From NCBI GenBank assembly GCA_044508625.1, contig JBIQHJ010000003.1, positions 2,104 through 66,103 on the forward strand: DNA of 64,000 nt, in the 5' to 3' direction. The translations under genes and the position numbers were made by a program. The DNA comes from Alcaligenaceae bacterium (GTDB lineage Bacteria > Pseudomonadota > Gammaproteobacteria > Burkholderiales > Burkholderiaceae_B). Below, in pieces: positions 31,769 to 40,954 of this stretch (its first letter is position 1; each line of letters opens with the position of its first letter). The notes under the pieces were generated by a model, which saw nothing but the letters and a program-made list of their open reading frames with translations, was not told where the DNA came from and made no database searches.

Positions 31769-33385
31769 ATGACAAGCATGCCGGACGTTTCCATGACCTC
31801 CATCGCCCGGGCGCCGTCCCTGGTCGAGCTCCCCGAATGGCAGCATTTCGCCGCGGCGGCGCGTGCCAGCGCGCTGCGCGGCGATGACGCCCCCGACCTG
31901 GTCGAGGCGCCGGGGCTGACCGTGGATTTCAGCGGCCAGCGCCATTCGGACGCCTTGCGGCGGGCCGGCCATGCGCTGCTCGAGGCGCGCGGCTTCGAGG
32001 GCCAGCGCGCGCGCCTGCTGGCGGGCGAGGCGGTCAACGTCACCGAGGGCCGGCCGGCCTGGCACACCGTGCTGCGCGCGCCGGACCCGCCGCCCGACGT
32101 CCTGGCCGAGCGCGCCCGCATGGACGCCTGGGTGCGCAGCGCGGATGCTGAGCGGCGCTGGCGCAACATCGTGCACATCGGCATCGGCGGCAGCGACTGG
32201 GGCGTGCGCCTGGCCGTCTCGGCCTTCGGCTATGCCGGCCTGTGGCGCCAGGTGCGCTTCGTGTCCAACATCGACGGCCATGCGATCGAGGGCGGGCTGG
32301 CCGGGCTCGATCCCCGCGATACCCTGGTGGTGCTGGCCTCCAAGTCCTTCTCCACGGCCGAGACCCTGCAGAACGGCGAACGGGCGCGCGAATGGCTGGT
32401 CGCCGCCGGCGTCGATCCCCGGGCCAATTTCGCCGCCATCACCGCCCACCCCGAACGGGCCGCCGCCTGGGGCGTGCCCGAGGGCAATGTCTTCCGGCTG
32501 TGGGACTGGGTCGGCGGGCGGTTCTCGCTGTGGTCGGCCGTCAGCCTGACCACCGCCCTCGCGGTCAGCATCGACGTGCTGGCGGGCCTGCGCGCGGGTG
32601 CCGCCGCCATGGACCAGCACTTCGCCGAGGCGCCGATCGACGCCAACGCGCCGGTGCGCATGGCGCTCGCGGGCATCGTCAATCGCAGCGTGCTGGGCCA
32701 CGGGTCGCTCAACATCGCGCCCTACGATTCGCGCCTGGCGCAGCTTGTCCCCTACGTGCAGCAGCTCGACATGGAATCCCTCGGCAAGTCCGTGGACCTC
32801 GACGGCCGGCCGGTGGGCGTGCCCACGGGGCCGGCGGTCTGGGGCATGCCGGGCACCGACGCCCAGCACACCTTCTTTCAGTGGCTGCACCAGGGCAGCG
32901 ACGGCGCGCCGGTGGACTTCATCCTCTGCGGCGCGGCCGACCATCATTGGCCGGCCCACCACCGCGCCCTGCTGGCCAATTGCCTGGCCCAGCGCGAGGC
33001 CCTGATGCGCGGCAAGACCTTCGAGCAGGCGCGCGCCGAGTGCCTCGCCGAGGGCGCCGAGCCCGGGCGCGCCGACTGGCTGGCGCGCCACCGCATGCAT
33101 CCGGGCGGACGGCCCAACCACCTCATCGTGCTGCCGCGCCTCTCGCCCTACACCCTGGGCGCGCTGCTGGCGCTCTACGAGCATCGGGTATTCACCCAGG
33201 GCGTGATCTGGGGCATCGATCCCTTCGACCAGTGGGGCGTGGAGTACGGCAAGGTCCTCGCGCGCGGGATCCTCGAGGCGCTCTCGCCCGATGCGCCGGC
33301 CCTGGACGGCGCCGGCCCGGCGCGGGACCGGGATGCCGCGCACGATGCCTCGACGCTGCACTGGGTCGCGCGGCTGAAGGGCTGA
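31769..33385 (+). CDS. pgi: Glucose-6-phosphate isomerase
   Basis: HIGIGGSDWG, SKSFSTAET, WDWVGGRFSLWS, QQLDMESLGK, GTDAQH and FDQWGVEYGK. Confidence 0.94.
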   Translation: MTSMPDVSMTSIARAPSLVELPEWQHFAAAARASALRGDDAPDLVEAPGLTVDFSGQRHSDALRRAGHALLEARGFEGQRARLLAGEAVNVTEGRPAWHTVLRAPDPPPDVLAERARMDAWVRSADAERRWRNIVHIGIGGSDWGVRLAVSAFGYAGLWRQVRFVSNIDGHAIEGGLAGLDPRDTLVVLASKSFSTAETLQNGERAREWLVAAGVDPRANFAAITAHPERAAAWGVPEGNVFRLWDWVGGRFSLWSAVSLTTALAVSIDVLAGLRAGAAAMDQHFAEAPIDANAPVRMALAGIVNRSVLGHGSLNIAPYDSRLAQLVPYVQQLDMESLGKSVDLDGRPVGVPTGPAVWGMPGTDAQHTFFQWLHQGSDGAPVDFILCGAADHHWPAHHRALLANCLAQREALMRGKTFEQARAECLAEGAEPGRADWLARHRMHPGGRPNHLIVLPRLSPYTLGALLALYEHRVFTQGVIWGIDPFDQWGVEYGKVLARGILEALSPDAPALDGAGPARDRDAAHDASTLHWVARLKG

Positions 33386-33706
33386 CGCCCGGCCCATGCC
33401 GCGCGCATGAAGGGCTGATGCCCGGCTCGCGCCGCGTGCCTGATGCGTCCGGGGAACATGACGAGCCCAGGAAGCATGGCGGGCCTAGGGACTTACCCGG
33501 CCCACCTCCTCGGGCCGGCGGTTTTCCATCGGAAATCCCAGGGTTATCCCGGAATTATGCGGAGCGGCGCAAATGCCTTATATCGCTTGTCCTATGGCCG
33601 GCCGCCGGCCCCTCCGGTAGAGTCAGCTCGACGGTCGCCGGCAAGCCCGCGGGCTCGCCTCCGCGATCGTCCCGAAAACGAACGAGAGACCATTGGAGGC
33701 AAAAGC

Positions 33707-35191
33707 ATGAGCAATACGACTGCTCCGGTCGACGAGATCCTGCCGCTGGGCAAGCTGACCGCGCTGGGCCTGCAGCACGTGCTGGTGATGTACGCGGGCG
33801 CGGTGGCGGTGCCGCTGATCATCGGCCGCGCGCTGAACCTGGATCCGCACGAGGTCTCGCTGCTGATCGCGGCCGACCTGTTCGCCTGCGGCATCGTCAC
33901 CATCATCCAGTCCCTGGGCGCCACCCAGTGGTTCGGGATCAAGCTTCCCGTCATGATGGGCGTGAGCTTCGCGCCCGTCGGGCCCATGATCCACATCGCC
34001 AACAGCAACCCCGGGCACGAGGGGGCGCAATTGCTGTTCGGCACCATCATCGCGGCAGGGATCATCACCATCATCATCGCCCCATGGGTCAGCCGTCTGC
34101 TGCGATTCTTTCCCCCCGTGGTGACCGGCACCATCATCGCCATCATCGGCATCACGCTGATGCGCGTGGGCATCAACTGGATCTTCGGCAACCCCTTCGG
34201 CCCCACCGCGCCCAGCGTGGTCAATCCCGAGTACGCCAACTGGCTGCAGCAGGCCCAGGCCGCCGCCAACGCGCCGGGGTCCACCCTCCCGCCGGTGCCC
34301 AAGGGCCTGTCGCTCCTGCCGACCGTGCCCAACCCGCGCTACGCGGACCTCACGGGCGTGGGCATCGCCGGCATCGTGCTGGTGTCCATCCTGCTGATCG
34401 CCAAGTTCAGCAAAGGATTCCTCGCCAACATCGCCGTGCTGCTGGGCATCGCCATCGGCGCCATCATCACCTCGGCCATGGGCCTGATGACCTACGAGAA
34501 AGTCGCCAGGGCCGAGTGGGTCGACATCGTGCTGCCCTTCCATTTCGGCATGCCGCGCTTCGATGTCTTCATGATCATCACCATGGTCCTGGTCATGATC
34601 GTCATCCTCATCGAGTCGACCGGCATGTTCCTCGCCCTGTCCGACATGACGGGCAAAAAGATCTCCCAGAAGGACCTGGCGCGCGGCCTGCGCACCGACG
34701 GCCTGGGCACCCTGGTGGGCGGGATCTTCAACACCTTCCCGTATTCCAGCTTTTCCCAGAACGTCGGCCTGGTCGCCGTCACCGGCGTGCGCAGCCGCTA
34801 CGTCTGCGTCATGGGCGGCGTGATCCTGGTCATCCTCGGCCTGCTGCCCAAGCTCGCCGCGCTGGTCGAGTCCCTGCCCACCGTCGTCCTGGGCGGCGCC
34901 GGGCTGGTCATGTTCGGCATGGTCACGGCCACCGGCATCCGCATCCTCGGCGGCGTGGACTTCAAGACCAACCGCCACAACGCCATGATCGTCGCCATCT
35001 CGATCGGCGTCGGGATGATCCCCGTCGTGGCGCCGAACTTCCGCCAGTGGATGCCGCATTCCATCCACCCGCTGATCGAGTCCGGCATCCTGCTGACCTC
35101 GCTCTCCGCCGTCCTGCTGAACCTGTTCTTCAACGGCGCGCCGCACGACACCGGAGCGGCCGTCGAGGCGGCCAAGCACGCCGAGGCTTGA
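33707..35191 (+). CDS. Nucleobase:cation symporter-2 (xanthine/uric acid permease family)
   Basis: LGLQHVLVMY, PVVTG, IESTG and FSQNVGLVAVTG NAT signature. GGAGG RBS. Confidence 0.92.
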   Translation: MSNTTAPVDEILPLGKLTALGLQHVLVMYAGAVAVPLIIGRALNLDPHEVSLLIAADLFACGIVTIIQSLGATQWFGIKLPVMMGVSFAPVGPMIHIANSNPGHEGAQLLFGTIIAAGIITIIIAPWVSRLLRFFPPVVTGTIIAIIGITLMRVGINWIFGNPFGPTAPSVVNPEYANWLQQAQAAANAPGSTLPPVPKGLSLLPTVPNPRYADLTGVGIAGIVLVSILLIAKFSKGFLANIAVLLGIAIGAIITSAMGLMTYEKVARAEWVDIVLPFHFGMPRFDVFMIITMVLVMIVILIESTGMFLALSDMTGKKISQKDLARGLRTDGLGTLVGGIFNTFPYSSFSQNVGLVAVTGVRSRYVCVMGGVILVILGLLPKLAALVESLPTVVLGGAGLVMFGMVTATGIRILGGVDFKTNRHNAMIVAISIGVGMIPVVAPNFRQWMPHSIHPLIESGILLTSLSAVLLNLFFNGAPHDTGAAVEAAKHAEA

Positions 35192-35221
35192 TCGCCCCAG
35201 CCCGTTTGTCGGTATGATTGA

Positions 35222-35253
35222 GCCGCCCCTCAACAGAGGGGCGGCCTTCTTTC
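35222..35253 (+). terminator. Rho-independent terminator after the NCS2 gene
   Basis: GCCGCCCCT-caacag-AGGGGCGGC perfect 9-bp stem followed by CTTCTTTC. Confidence 0.7.
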
Positions 35254-35271
35254 AATAGTAACGGTGGTGCG

Positions 35272-35898
35272 ATGTCCTCGGAAACGCTGCTCCTGTTTGT
35301 GCCCGCCTGTTTCGCGCTGAACATGGCCTTCGGGCCGAACAACCTGCTCTCGATCACCATTGGCGCGCAGCATGGCTTGCGGGCCTCCCTGCTGGCGGCG
35401 ATCGGCCGTCTCGTCGCTTTCGCCATCATGATTGCCGTGGCCGCATTCGGCATGGGCGCGCTCCTCATGGCTTCCGAGTTCGCGTTCACGGTCGTGAAGT
35501 TCCTGGGCGCCGCCTACCTGGTCTGGCTGGGCGTCAAGATCTTCCGCTCCAAGGCGCAGCTGCCTTCGAAACAACCCGAGCTGGGCAGGCATGGCGTCCG
35601 TGGGTTCATCCGGCGGGAATTCCTGGTCGCCATCGGAAACCCGAAGGCCATCCTGATTTTCACGGCGTTTTTTCCGCAGTTTGTGGTGCCTGGAAACTAC
35701 TGGGGCAGCTTCACGATTCTGGGCGCCATTTTCCTGGCCCTCGAAGTGCTGGCCATCGCACTCTATGCCTATGCCGGAACCCGGCTGTCTGGCCTGATGC
35801 GCAGCGAGCGCTGCCTGCGCTGGATCAATCGCATCAGCGGCAGCACCATGATCACCTTCGGGGTGCTGCTTGCCGTCGCCAGGCGGCCGGCCGCCTAG
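35272..35898 (+). CDS. LysE/RhtB-family translocator
   Basis: FGPNNLL, VKFLGAAYLVWLG and NPKAILIF motifs. Confidence 0.88.
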   Translation: MSSETLLLFVPACFALNMAFGPNNLLSITIGAQHGLRASLLAAIGRLVAFAIMIAVAAFGMGALLMASEFAFTVVKFLGAAYLVWLGVKIFRSKAQLPSKQPELGRHGVRGFIRREFLVAIGNPKAILIFTAFFPQFVVPGNYWGSFTILGAIFLALEVLAIALYAYAGTRLSGLMRSERCLRWINRISGSTMITFGVLLAVARRPAA

Positions 35899-35911
35899 GG
35901 GGAATGCTTCC

Positions 35912-36553
35912 ATGTCCTCCCGCCTCTGGCCACGCCTGGCGGTTGCCGCCTATGCGCTGCTGTGGCTCGCCCTGGCCATCGATCCTTCCGATCGTCACAC
36001 ATGGATCCTGGAAAACGTTCTAGTCGCGGCCCTGTGGCTGGCCCTGGCCGTGCTGTACCGGTGGTTCCGGCTGTCGGATGGATCCCTGGGCCTGATCCTG
36101 GCCTACCTGGCCCTGCACGCCCTGGGCTCGCACTACACATATTCCGAGGTCCCGTACGATGCCTGGTTGCGGTCGCTCACCGGACACAGCCTGGATGCGC
36201 TGATGGGCTGGGAACGCAATCAATTCGACCGGATGGTGCATTTCGCCTACGGCCTGCTGCTGGCGGTGCCGGTACGCGAATTCCTGCTGCGGGTGATCCG
36301 GGCGCCCGGCTTCTGGTCGTACTTCATCCCCCTGAACGTCATCCTCAGCACCTCGGCCCTGTACGAACTGATCGAGTGGGGCGCTGCCGCATGGTTCGGC
36401 GGCGACCTGGGAATGCATTACCTCGGCACCCAGGGCGACGTCTGGGATTCGCAAAAGGACATGGTCCTCGCCGCGGCCGGGGGTCTGGTGGCCATGCTGT
36501 GCTGCGCGCTGGCGGATTTCGTCCGGCGGGGTTCATCGAGGGTGGATCGATAA
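35912..36553 (+). CDS. DUF2238 (YjdF-like) membrane protein
   Basis: WILEN, LHALGSHYTYSEVP, RNQFDRMVHF, YELIEW and GTQGDVWDSQKDM. Confidence 0.8.
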   Translation: MSSRLWPRLAVAAYALLWLALAIDPSDRHTWILENVLVAALWLALAVLYRWFRLSDGSLGLILAYLALHALGSHYTYSEVPYDAWLRSLTGHSLDALMGWERNQFDRMVHFAYGLLLAVPVREFLLRVIRAPGFWSYFIPLNVILSTSALYELIEWGAAAWFGGDLGMHYLGTQGDVWDSQKDMVLAAAGGLVAMLCCALADFVRRGSSRVDR

Positions 36554-36699
36554 ATCCAGCTCGCGGTCAGCAGGGCGTCGGCGGCCATTTCCATCGCTTC
36601 TGCTTCAGTCTCGCCCTGGGTGATCGCCTCGGGGATATCCCGAAATGTCACGACGAAACCGCCCTCGGGCGCGGCCTCGAATTGAGCTGGGTAATGCAT
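36552..36699 (-). pseudogene. hicB: Truncated HicB-type antitoxin
   Basis: MHYPAQFEAAPEGGFVVTFRDIPEAITQGETEAEAMEMAADAL is a HicB N-domain. Similarity stops at the DUF2238 stop, with no C-terminal DNA-binding domain and no hicA upstream. Confidence 0.8.
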
Positions 36700-36752
36700 G
36701 TCGACTTCGTATTTCTGCTGCGTTTCGCCGTTCCCTCTCGATCAGAGATACA

Positions 36753-36770
36753 CAAAAATGTTTATTTTTG
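36753..36770. promoter_or_regulatory. Operator-like palindrome upstream of the hicB remnant
   Basis: CAAAAAT-gttt-ATTTTTG perfect 7-bp inverted repeat. Confidence 0.5.
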
Positions 36771-36983
36771 CGATACAGCGCCTGCCGAGAGGGTACGCGA
36801 ATTGGACGCTAGGGTACGGGTGAGGCGCCGGGTTTATCCATCGGATGTTTTCGTCTCATGCCGGTCCACACGTCCCGTGACACGCGCTGATATGCACCGC
36901 TGCGGCGGGCCACGCCTGGGCGGGCTGGCGAAGCACGTTTCGACTGTGGAACTGGGGAATGCGCCGCAACCGCCAGGCCCACC

Positions 36984-38486
36984 TCAGCCGTGGCGCGCCG
37001 TGACGGTCTTGACCCGCGTGAACCCGTACAGGGCCTCGAAGCCCTTCTCGCGGCCATGCCCCGATTGGCCCACGCCGCCAAAGGGCAGCTCGATGCCGCC
37101 GCCGGCGCCGTAGTTGTTCAGGAACACCTGGCCGACGTTCAGCCGCCGCGCCATGCGCATCTGGCGCGCGCCGTCGCGCGTCCAGACGCCTGCCACCAGG
37201 CCGTAGGGCGTGCCGTTGGCGATGCGCAGCGCCTCGGCCTCGTCCTCGAAGGGAATCAGGACCTGCACCGGCCCGAAGATCTCCTCCTGCGCCAGGCGGT
37301 GGTCGGGCGGCACCTCGGAGAACAGCGTCGCGCGCACGAAGTGCCCCTCGGGCGAGGCGTCCTCGCGGATGCGGCCCTCGGCGGCGACGTTGAGCTCGGC
37401 CTTGCCCCACTCGATGTAGCGGCTGACGATGGCCTTTTGCTTGCCCGAGACCAGCGGCCCCAGGTCGCAGGAGGCCACCGCCGGCCCGGCGACGAGCCCG
37501 CGGTAGATCTCGGCCATGCGGCGCTTGACCTCGTCGTAGAGGGCGCGCTGCACCAGCACGCGCGAGGCGGCCGAGCAGGTCTGGCCGGCATTCTGCATGC
37601 AGGCGCCCACCAGCGTGGGCATGGCCGCCTCCAGGTCGCAGTCCTCGAACACGATGTGCGGGGACTTGCCGCCGAGCTCCAGGGTGACGGGGATGACGTT
37701 CCGGGCGGCGGCGGCCTGGATGCGCCGCCCGGTGCCCACCGAGCCGGTGAAAGAGACGTGATCGATGCCGGGGTGCTCGGAGAGGGCCGCGCCCGCCTCG
37801 GTGCCCAGGCCGGTGACCACGTTCAGCGCCCCGGCCGGCAGCCCCGCCTCCAGGGCGATGGCGGCAAAGGCCAGGGTCGAGACCGAGGCGTCCTCGGCGG
37901 GCTTGACCACGCAGGCATTGCCGGCGGCCAGCGCCGCGCCCACGGCGCGCCCGAGGATCTGCATCGGATAGTTCCAGGGGATGATGATGCCGCACACGCC
38001 GTGCGGCTCGCGCAGGGTGTAGACGGTGAAGCCGTCCTGGTAGGGGATGGTGTGGCCCATGAGCTTGTCGGGGGCGCCGGCGTAGAACTCGAGGTAGCGG
38101 GCGAGGGCCTTGGCGTCGTTGAGCGACTGGTGCAGGGGCTTGCCGACGTCCAGCGCCTCGATCATGGCCAGGGCCTGGGCGCGCTGGCCGACGAGGGCGG
38201 ACATTTTCATGAGGATGCGGCCGCGCTCGGCGGCGGTCATGCGGCCCCAGTCGCCCTCGGTGGCGGCGCGGGCGGCCGCCACCGCGGCATCGACGTCCTT
38301 GGCGCCGGCGCGGGCGATGACGCCCATGGCCTGACCGGTGGAGGGGTTCTCGATGGGCAGGGTGGCGCCGCCGTCCGCATCGCGCCAGTGCGCGCCGATG
38401 AGGATCTTCGAGGTATCGAACCAGACCGTGGACTGCAATTCGTCGTGCGCCGCCTGCTCGAGCGCCTGGGGTACGCCGGGTGTCAT
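36984..38486 (-). CDS. NAD-dependent aldehyde dehydrogenase
   Basis: IIPWNYP, KPAE, FTGS, LELGGKSP, catalytic Cys in GQTCSA, and EEIFGPV. Confidence 0.93.
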   Translation of the reverse strand: MTPGVPQALEQAAHDELQSTVWFDTSKILIGAHWRDADGGATLPIENPSTGQAMGVIARAGAKDVDAAVAAARAATEGDWGRMTAAERGRILMKMSALVGQRAQALAMIEALDVGKPLHQSLNDAKALARYLEFYAGAPDKLMGHTIPYQDGFTVYTLREPHGVCGIIIPWNYPMQILGRAVGAALAAGNACVVKPAEDASVSTLAFAAIALEAGLPAGALNVVTGLGTEAGAALSEHPGIDHVSFTGSVGTGRRIQAAAARNVIPVTLELGGKSPHIVFEDCDLEAAMPTLVGACMQNAGQTCSAASRVLVQRALYDEVKRRMAEIYRGLVAGPAVASCDLGPLVSGKQKAIVSRYIEWGKAELNVAAEGRIREDASPEGHFVRATLFSEVPPDHRLAQEEIFGPVQVLIPFEDEAEALRIANGTPYGLVAGVWTRDGARQMRMARRLNVGQVFLNNYGAGGGIELPFGGVGQSGHGREKGFEALYGFTRVKTVTARHG

Positions 38487-38527
38487 CGTCCTTCTCCTTT
38501 GACCGTTGCGCGATTCCCCATTGTGCC

Positions 38528-39841
38528 TCAAGCGGGGGCGGCGGGCGGTCTCCCGGCATCCCCCTCCGCCTGCCGCATCGCCGCCCAGAGGATCGTCAGG
38601 GACAGCACGAAAAACATCACTCCGTTGTTGCGGCCGAGGATCACCTGGGTCAGGCCGAAGGCCGCGAAGGCCGCGGGCAGGCTGGCGCCGCAGCAGGCGA
38701 GCACCCGCACCCCCAGGTCGGGCGCGTGCAGGCGGCGGCAGAAATACCAGAAACTCGCGATCATCAGCGCGAGGAACGCGAACAGGCCCAGCGTGCCCTG
38801 GTGCAGCCAGACCTCGATGAAATTGTTGTGGGTGTTGGACAGGGTCCCCACGAAAGGATGGATGCGCCCGGCCTCGATCAGGCCCTCCAGGTGCGCGTCG
38901 TATTCCTCGTGCCCCCAGCCCAGCAGGGGCCGCTCGGGAATGCTGATCAGCGCGGATTTCCAGGCCTCGAGGCGCGAGCCGACGTTGTTCGTCGCGTCGC
39001 CCTCCCGCGTGTAGGCCTGCCATTCCGCAACGGCGCCGGCATAGCGGCCCTCCGCGATCCGGCCCACGGGCAGGACGGCCATGACGATCGCCACGCCCAC
39101 GGCCAATACCGCGCAGCCGCCCAGCAGCGGCCGCAGGAACCGCCGGCGCAGCAGCGCCACGGCCGCCAGCACGGCAAAGATCGGCACGGCCACCAGCCCG
39201 CCGCGGGTGGCCGATGCGATGAAGGCGTAGGTGCCGGCCAGCGCACCCGCCAGCAGGAAGGCGGCCCAGCCATGGCGCCGGCGCAGCCCCGCCAGGATGG
39301 CCCCCATCAGGCACCAGAACGCCATCACCAGGGCGATGTCGCCAAAGGGGATGGCGCTGGTCACGAAACCCTCGGCGCGCTGCAGACCGATGTACTGGGT
39401 CTGCCACCAGGCGATGGCCGCCGCGCCCGCCAGTCCCAGGACCAGGCCGGCCCACAGCCAATCCAGCCGCAGGCGCGCGCGCCGCAGCCCCAGCAGGACG
39501 GGAACCGCCAGCGCATAGCGCACGCCCTGGTCCAGGTATTTCCCCGGATCGCCGTGCCATAGCACCGCCGCCGCATTCGCCAGGAAAACCGCCAGCAGCA
39601 GCCAGCACAGGCTCCGGTCCTCGGCCGACCAGGTGGCGGCCGGCGGGCCGTCGCCCTCGGGCGCGCCGCCGCGTCCCACCGTGCTGGTGGCGAGCCACAC
39701 CCCGACTCCTCCCACGAACAGCAGGCCGCCGCCCGCGGAATAGCCGGAGGGCGCCGACAGCATCAAGAGGAAGAAAATCGCGGCGCTGGCCGCCATCCAG
39801 GTGGACAGCCAAGCGGGCGTGCGTGCCGGGATCGGATGCAT
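38528..39841 (-). CDS. O-antigen ligase (WaaL/Wzy_C) family protein, host-GC copy
   Basis: Multi-TM protein with ATRGG, RLEAW..ERPLLGWG and HNNFIEVWLHQG motifs. Confidence 0.85.
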   Translation of the reverse strand: MHPIPARTPAWLSTWMAASAAIFFLLMLSAPSGYSAGGGLLFVGGVGVWLATSTVGRGGAPEGDGPPAATWSAEDRSLCWLLLAVFLANAAAVLWHGDPGKYLDQGVRYALAVPVLLGLRRARLRLDWLWAGLVLGLAGAAAIAWWQTQYIGLQRAEGFVTSAIPFGDIALVMAFWCLMGAILAGLRRRHGWAAFLLAGALAGTYAFIASATRGGLVAVPIFAVLAAVALLRRRFLRPLLGGCAVLAVGVAIVMAVLPVGRIAEGRYAGAVAEWQAYTREGDATNNVGSRLEAWKSALISIPERPLLGWGHEEYDAHLEGLIEAGRIHPFVGTLSNTHNNFIEVWLHQGTLGLFAFLALMIASFWYFCRRLHAPDLGVRVLACCGASLPAAFAAFGLTQVILGRNNGVMFFVLSLTILWAAMRQAEGDAGRPPAAPA

Positions 39842-39914
39842 GAGGGCGTGACTCGCTCAGGGCGTGGATTTGGCGGATTGTAGCCCGCGCTCCCGCGCCT
39901 CTGCGGCCCCTGCG

Positions 39915-39990
39915 CCCCGAGTCCCAGAGTCCCCGAATCCCCGAATCCCCGAATCCCCGGGTCCCCGGGTCCCCGGGTCCCGAGTCCCCG
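39915..39990. repeat. 8-bp tandem repeat, about 9 copies (CCCCGRRT)
   Basis: CCCCGAGT, CCCAGAGT, 3x CCCCGAAT, 3x CCCCGGGT, CCCGAGT. Produces a regular GGGG run on the minus strand. Confidence 0.92.
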
Positions 39991-39996
39991 CACCGC

Positions 39997-40177
39997 GAGC
40001 ATCCGGTATGTGGGCATCCAGCATGCGGGCATATCCGGCATGCGGGCATCCAGGTGCGAGCATCTGGCATAGGAGCGTCCGGCATGCAGGCGTCCGGCAT
40101 AGGAGCATCCGGCATAGGAGCATCCAGCATGCGGTCATCCGGCATGCGAGCACCCAGCATGCAGGCGTCCGGGCCTA
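39997..40177. repeat. 15-bp tandem repeat, about 12 copies (consensus GAGCATCCGGCATGC)
   Basis: Units counted at 39997, 40012, 40027 (17 bp), 40044 (14 bp), 40058, 40073, 40088, 40103, 40118, 40133, 40148 and 40163. Confidence 0.92.
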
Positions 40178-40210
40178 CAATGACCATCTCGCAGCCGTTC
40201 CGTTCATCCG

Positions 40211-40831
40211 ATGCCGACCCCAGACGAGCCCTATCCGGCCGCCAATCCCGATGCGGCATCCGCCGCCGCGCTGTCCTGGTTCGTCGTGCACACCAAGCCG
40301 CGCCAGGAATCCCTGGCGCGCGAGCACCTGCTGCGCCAGGAGTTCGAGGTCTACCTGCCACTGTTCAAGGTGTTCAAGGCGCCGCGTCGGGGCAGGGCGG
40401 GCGGCGGCCGGATCGCCACGCCGGGCGGCGCGGCGGACGGCCCGGCCTCCGGGCAGCAGGCCCTGACCGCCAACGAGCCCATGTTCCCGCGTTACCTGTT
40501 CCTGCGCCCGAGCCGCCCGACCCAGTCCCTGTCCAGCGTGCGCTCGACGCAAGGCGTCAGTCGCCTGGTGATGTTCGGCAACCAGCCCGCGCGCATCGCC
40601 CAGCCCCTGATCGATGGCATCCGCCAGGCCGAGGCCGCGCGCGCCCGCGCCGAGCTGGCGCAGATCAGCCCCTATCGGCCCGGCATGCCCGTGCGCCTGC
40701 AGGATCCGGCGCTGGGCGGCTTGCAGGCCCTCGTCCAGGCCGTATCGCGCGACCGCGTGACGCTGCTGCTCGAAATCCTCGGACGGCCCCAGCTCGTCAG
40801 CGTCGATTTCGAGCGGATATCGCCTCTCTAG
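40211..40831 (+). CDS. rfaH: RfaH-type NusG-paralog antiterminator
   Basis: WFVVHTKPRQESLAREHL, EPMFPRYLF, VRSTQGVSRLVMFG and a C-terminal KOW (PGMPVRL..RVTLLLEILG). A cognate ops element lies at 44686. Confidence 0.88.
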   Translation: MPTPDEPYPAANPDAASAAALSWFVVHTKPRQESLAREHLLRQEFEVYLPLFKVFKAPRRGRAGGGRIATPGGAADGPASGQQALTANEPMFPRYLFLRPSRPTQSLSSVRSTQGVSRLVMFGNQPARIAQPLIDGIRQAEAARARAELAQISPYRPGMPVRLQDPALGGLQALVQAVSRDRVTLLLEILGRPQLVSVDFERISPL

Positions 40832-40954
40832 GGATCCTTGCGGACCCGAATTGACCCGCCTTAACGAAATCCCATCTCGGGGTAGGTGGGACATTTATCT
40901 CCTGGTAGAACCACGTCACATCCAGTGACATTCTTGGACATCAAGGAGATAAAC

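Noticed and set aside
36771-36983. Possible small gene or hicA between the hicB remnant and ALDH
   Set aside because: The frames examined showed no HicA or other recognisable similarity.
39915-40177. Possible CRISPR array or repeat-encoded peptide (ORFs 39763-40041, 39857-40153, 40054-40854)
   Set aside because: The repeats are head-to-tail with no unique spacers and no cas genes. Units of 8, 14 and 17 bp break any reading frame, and there is no RBS.
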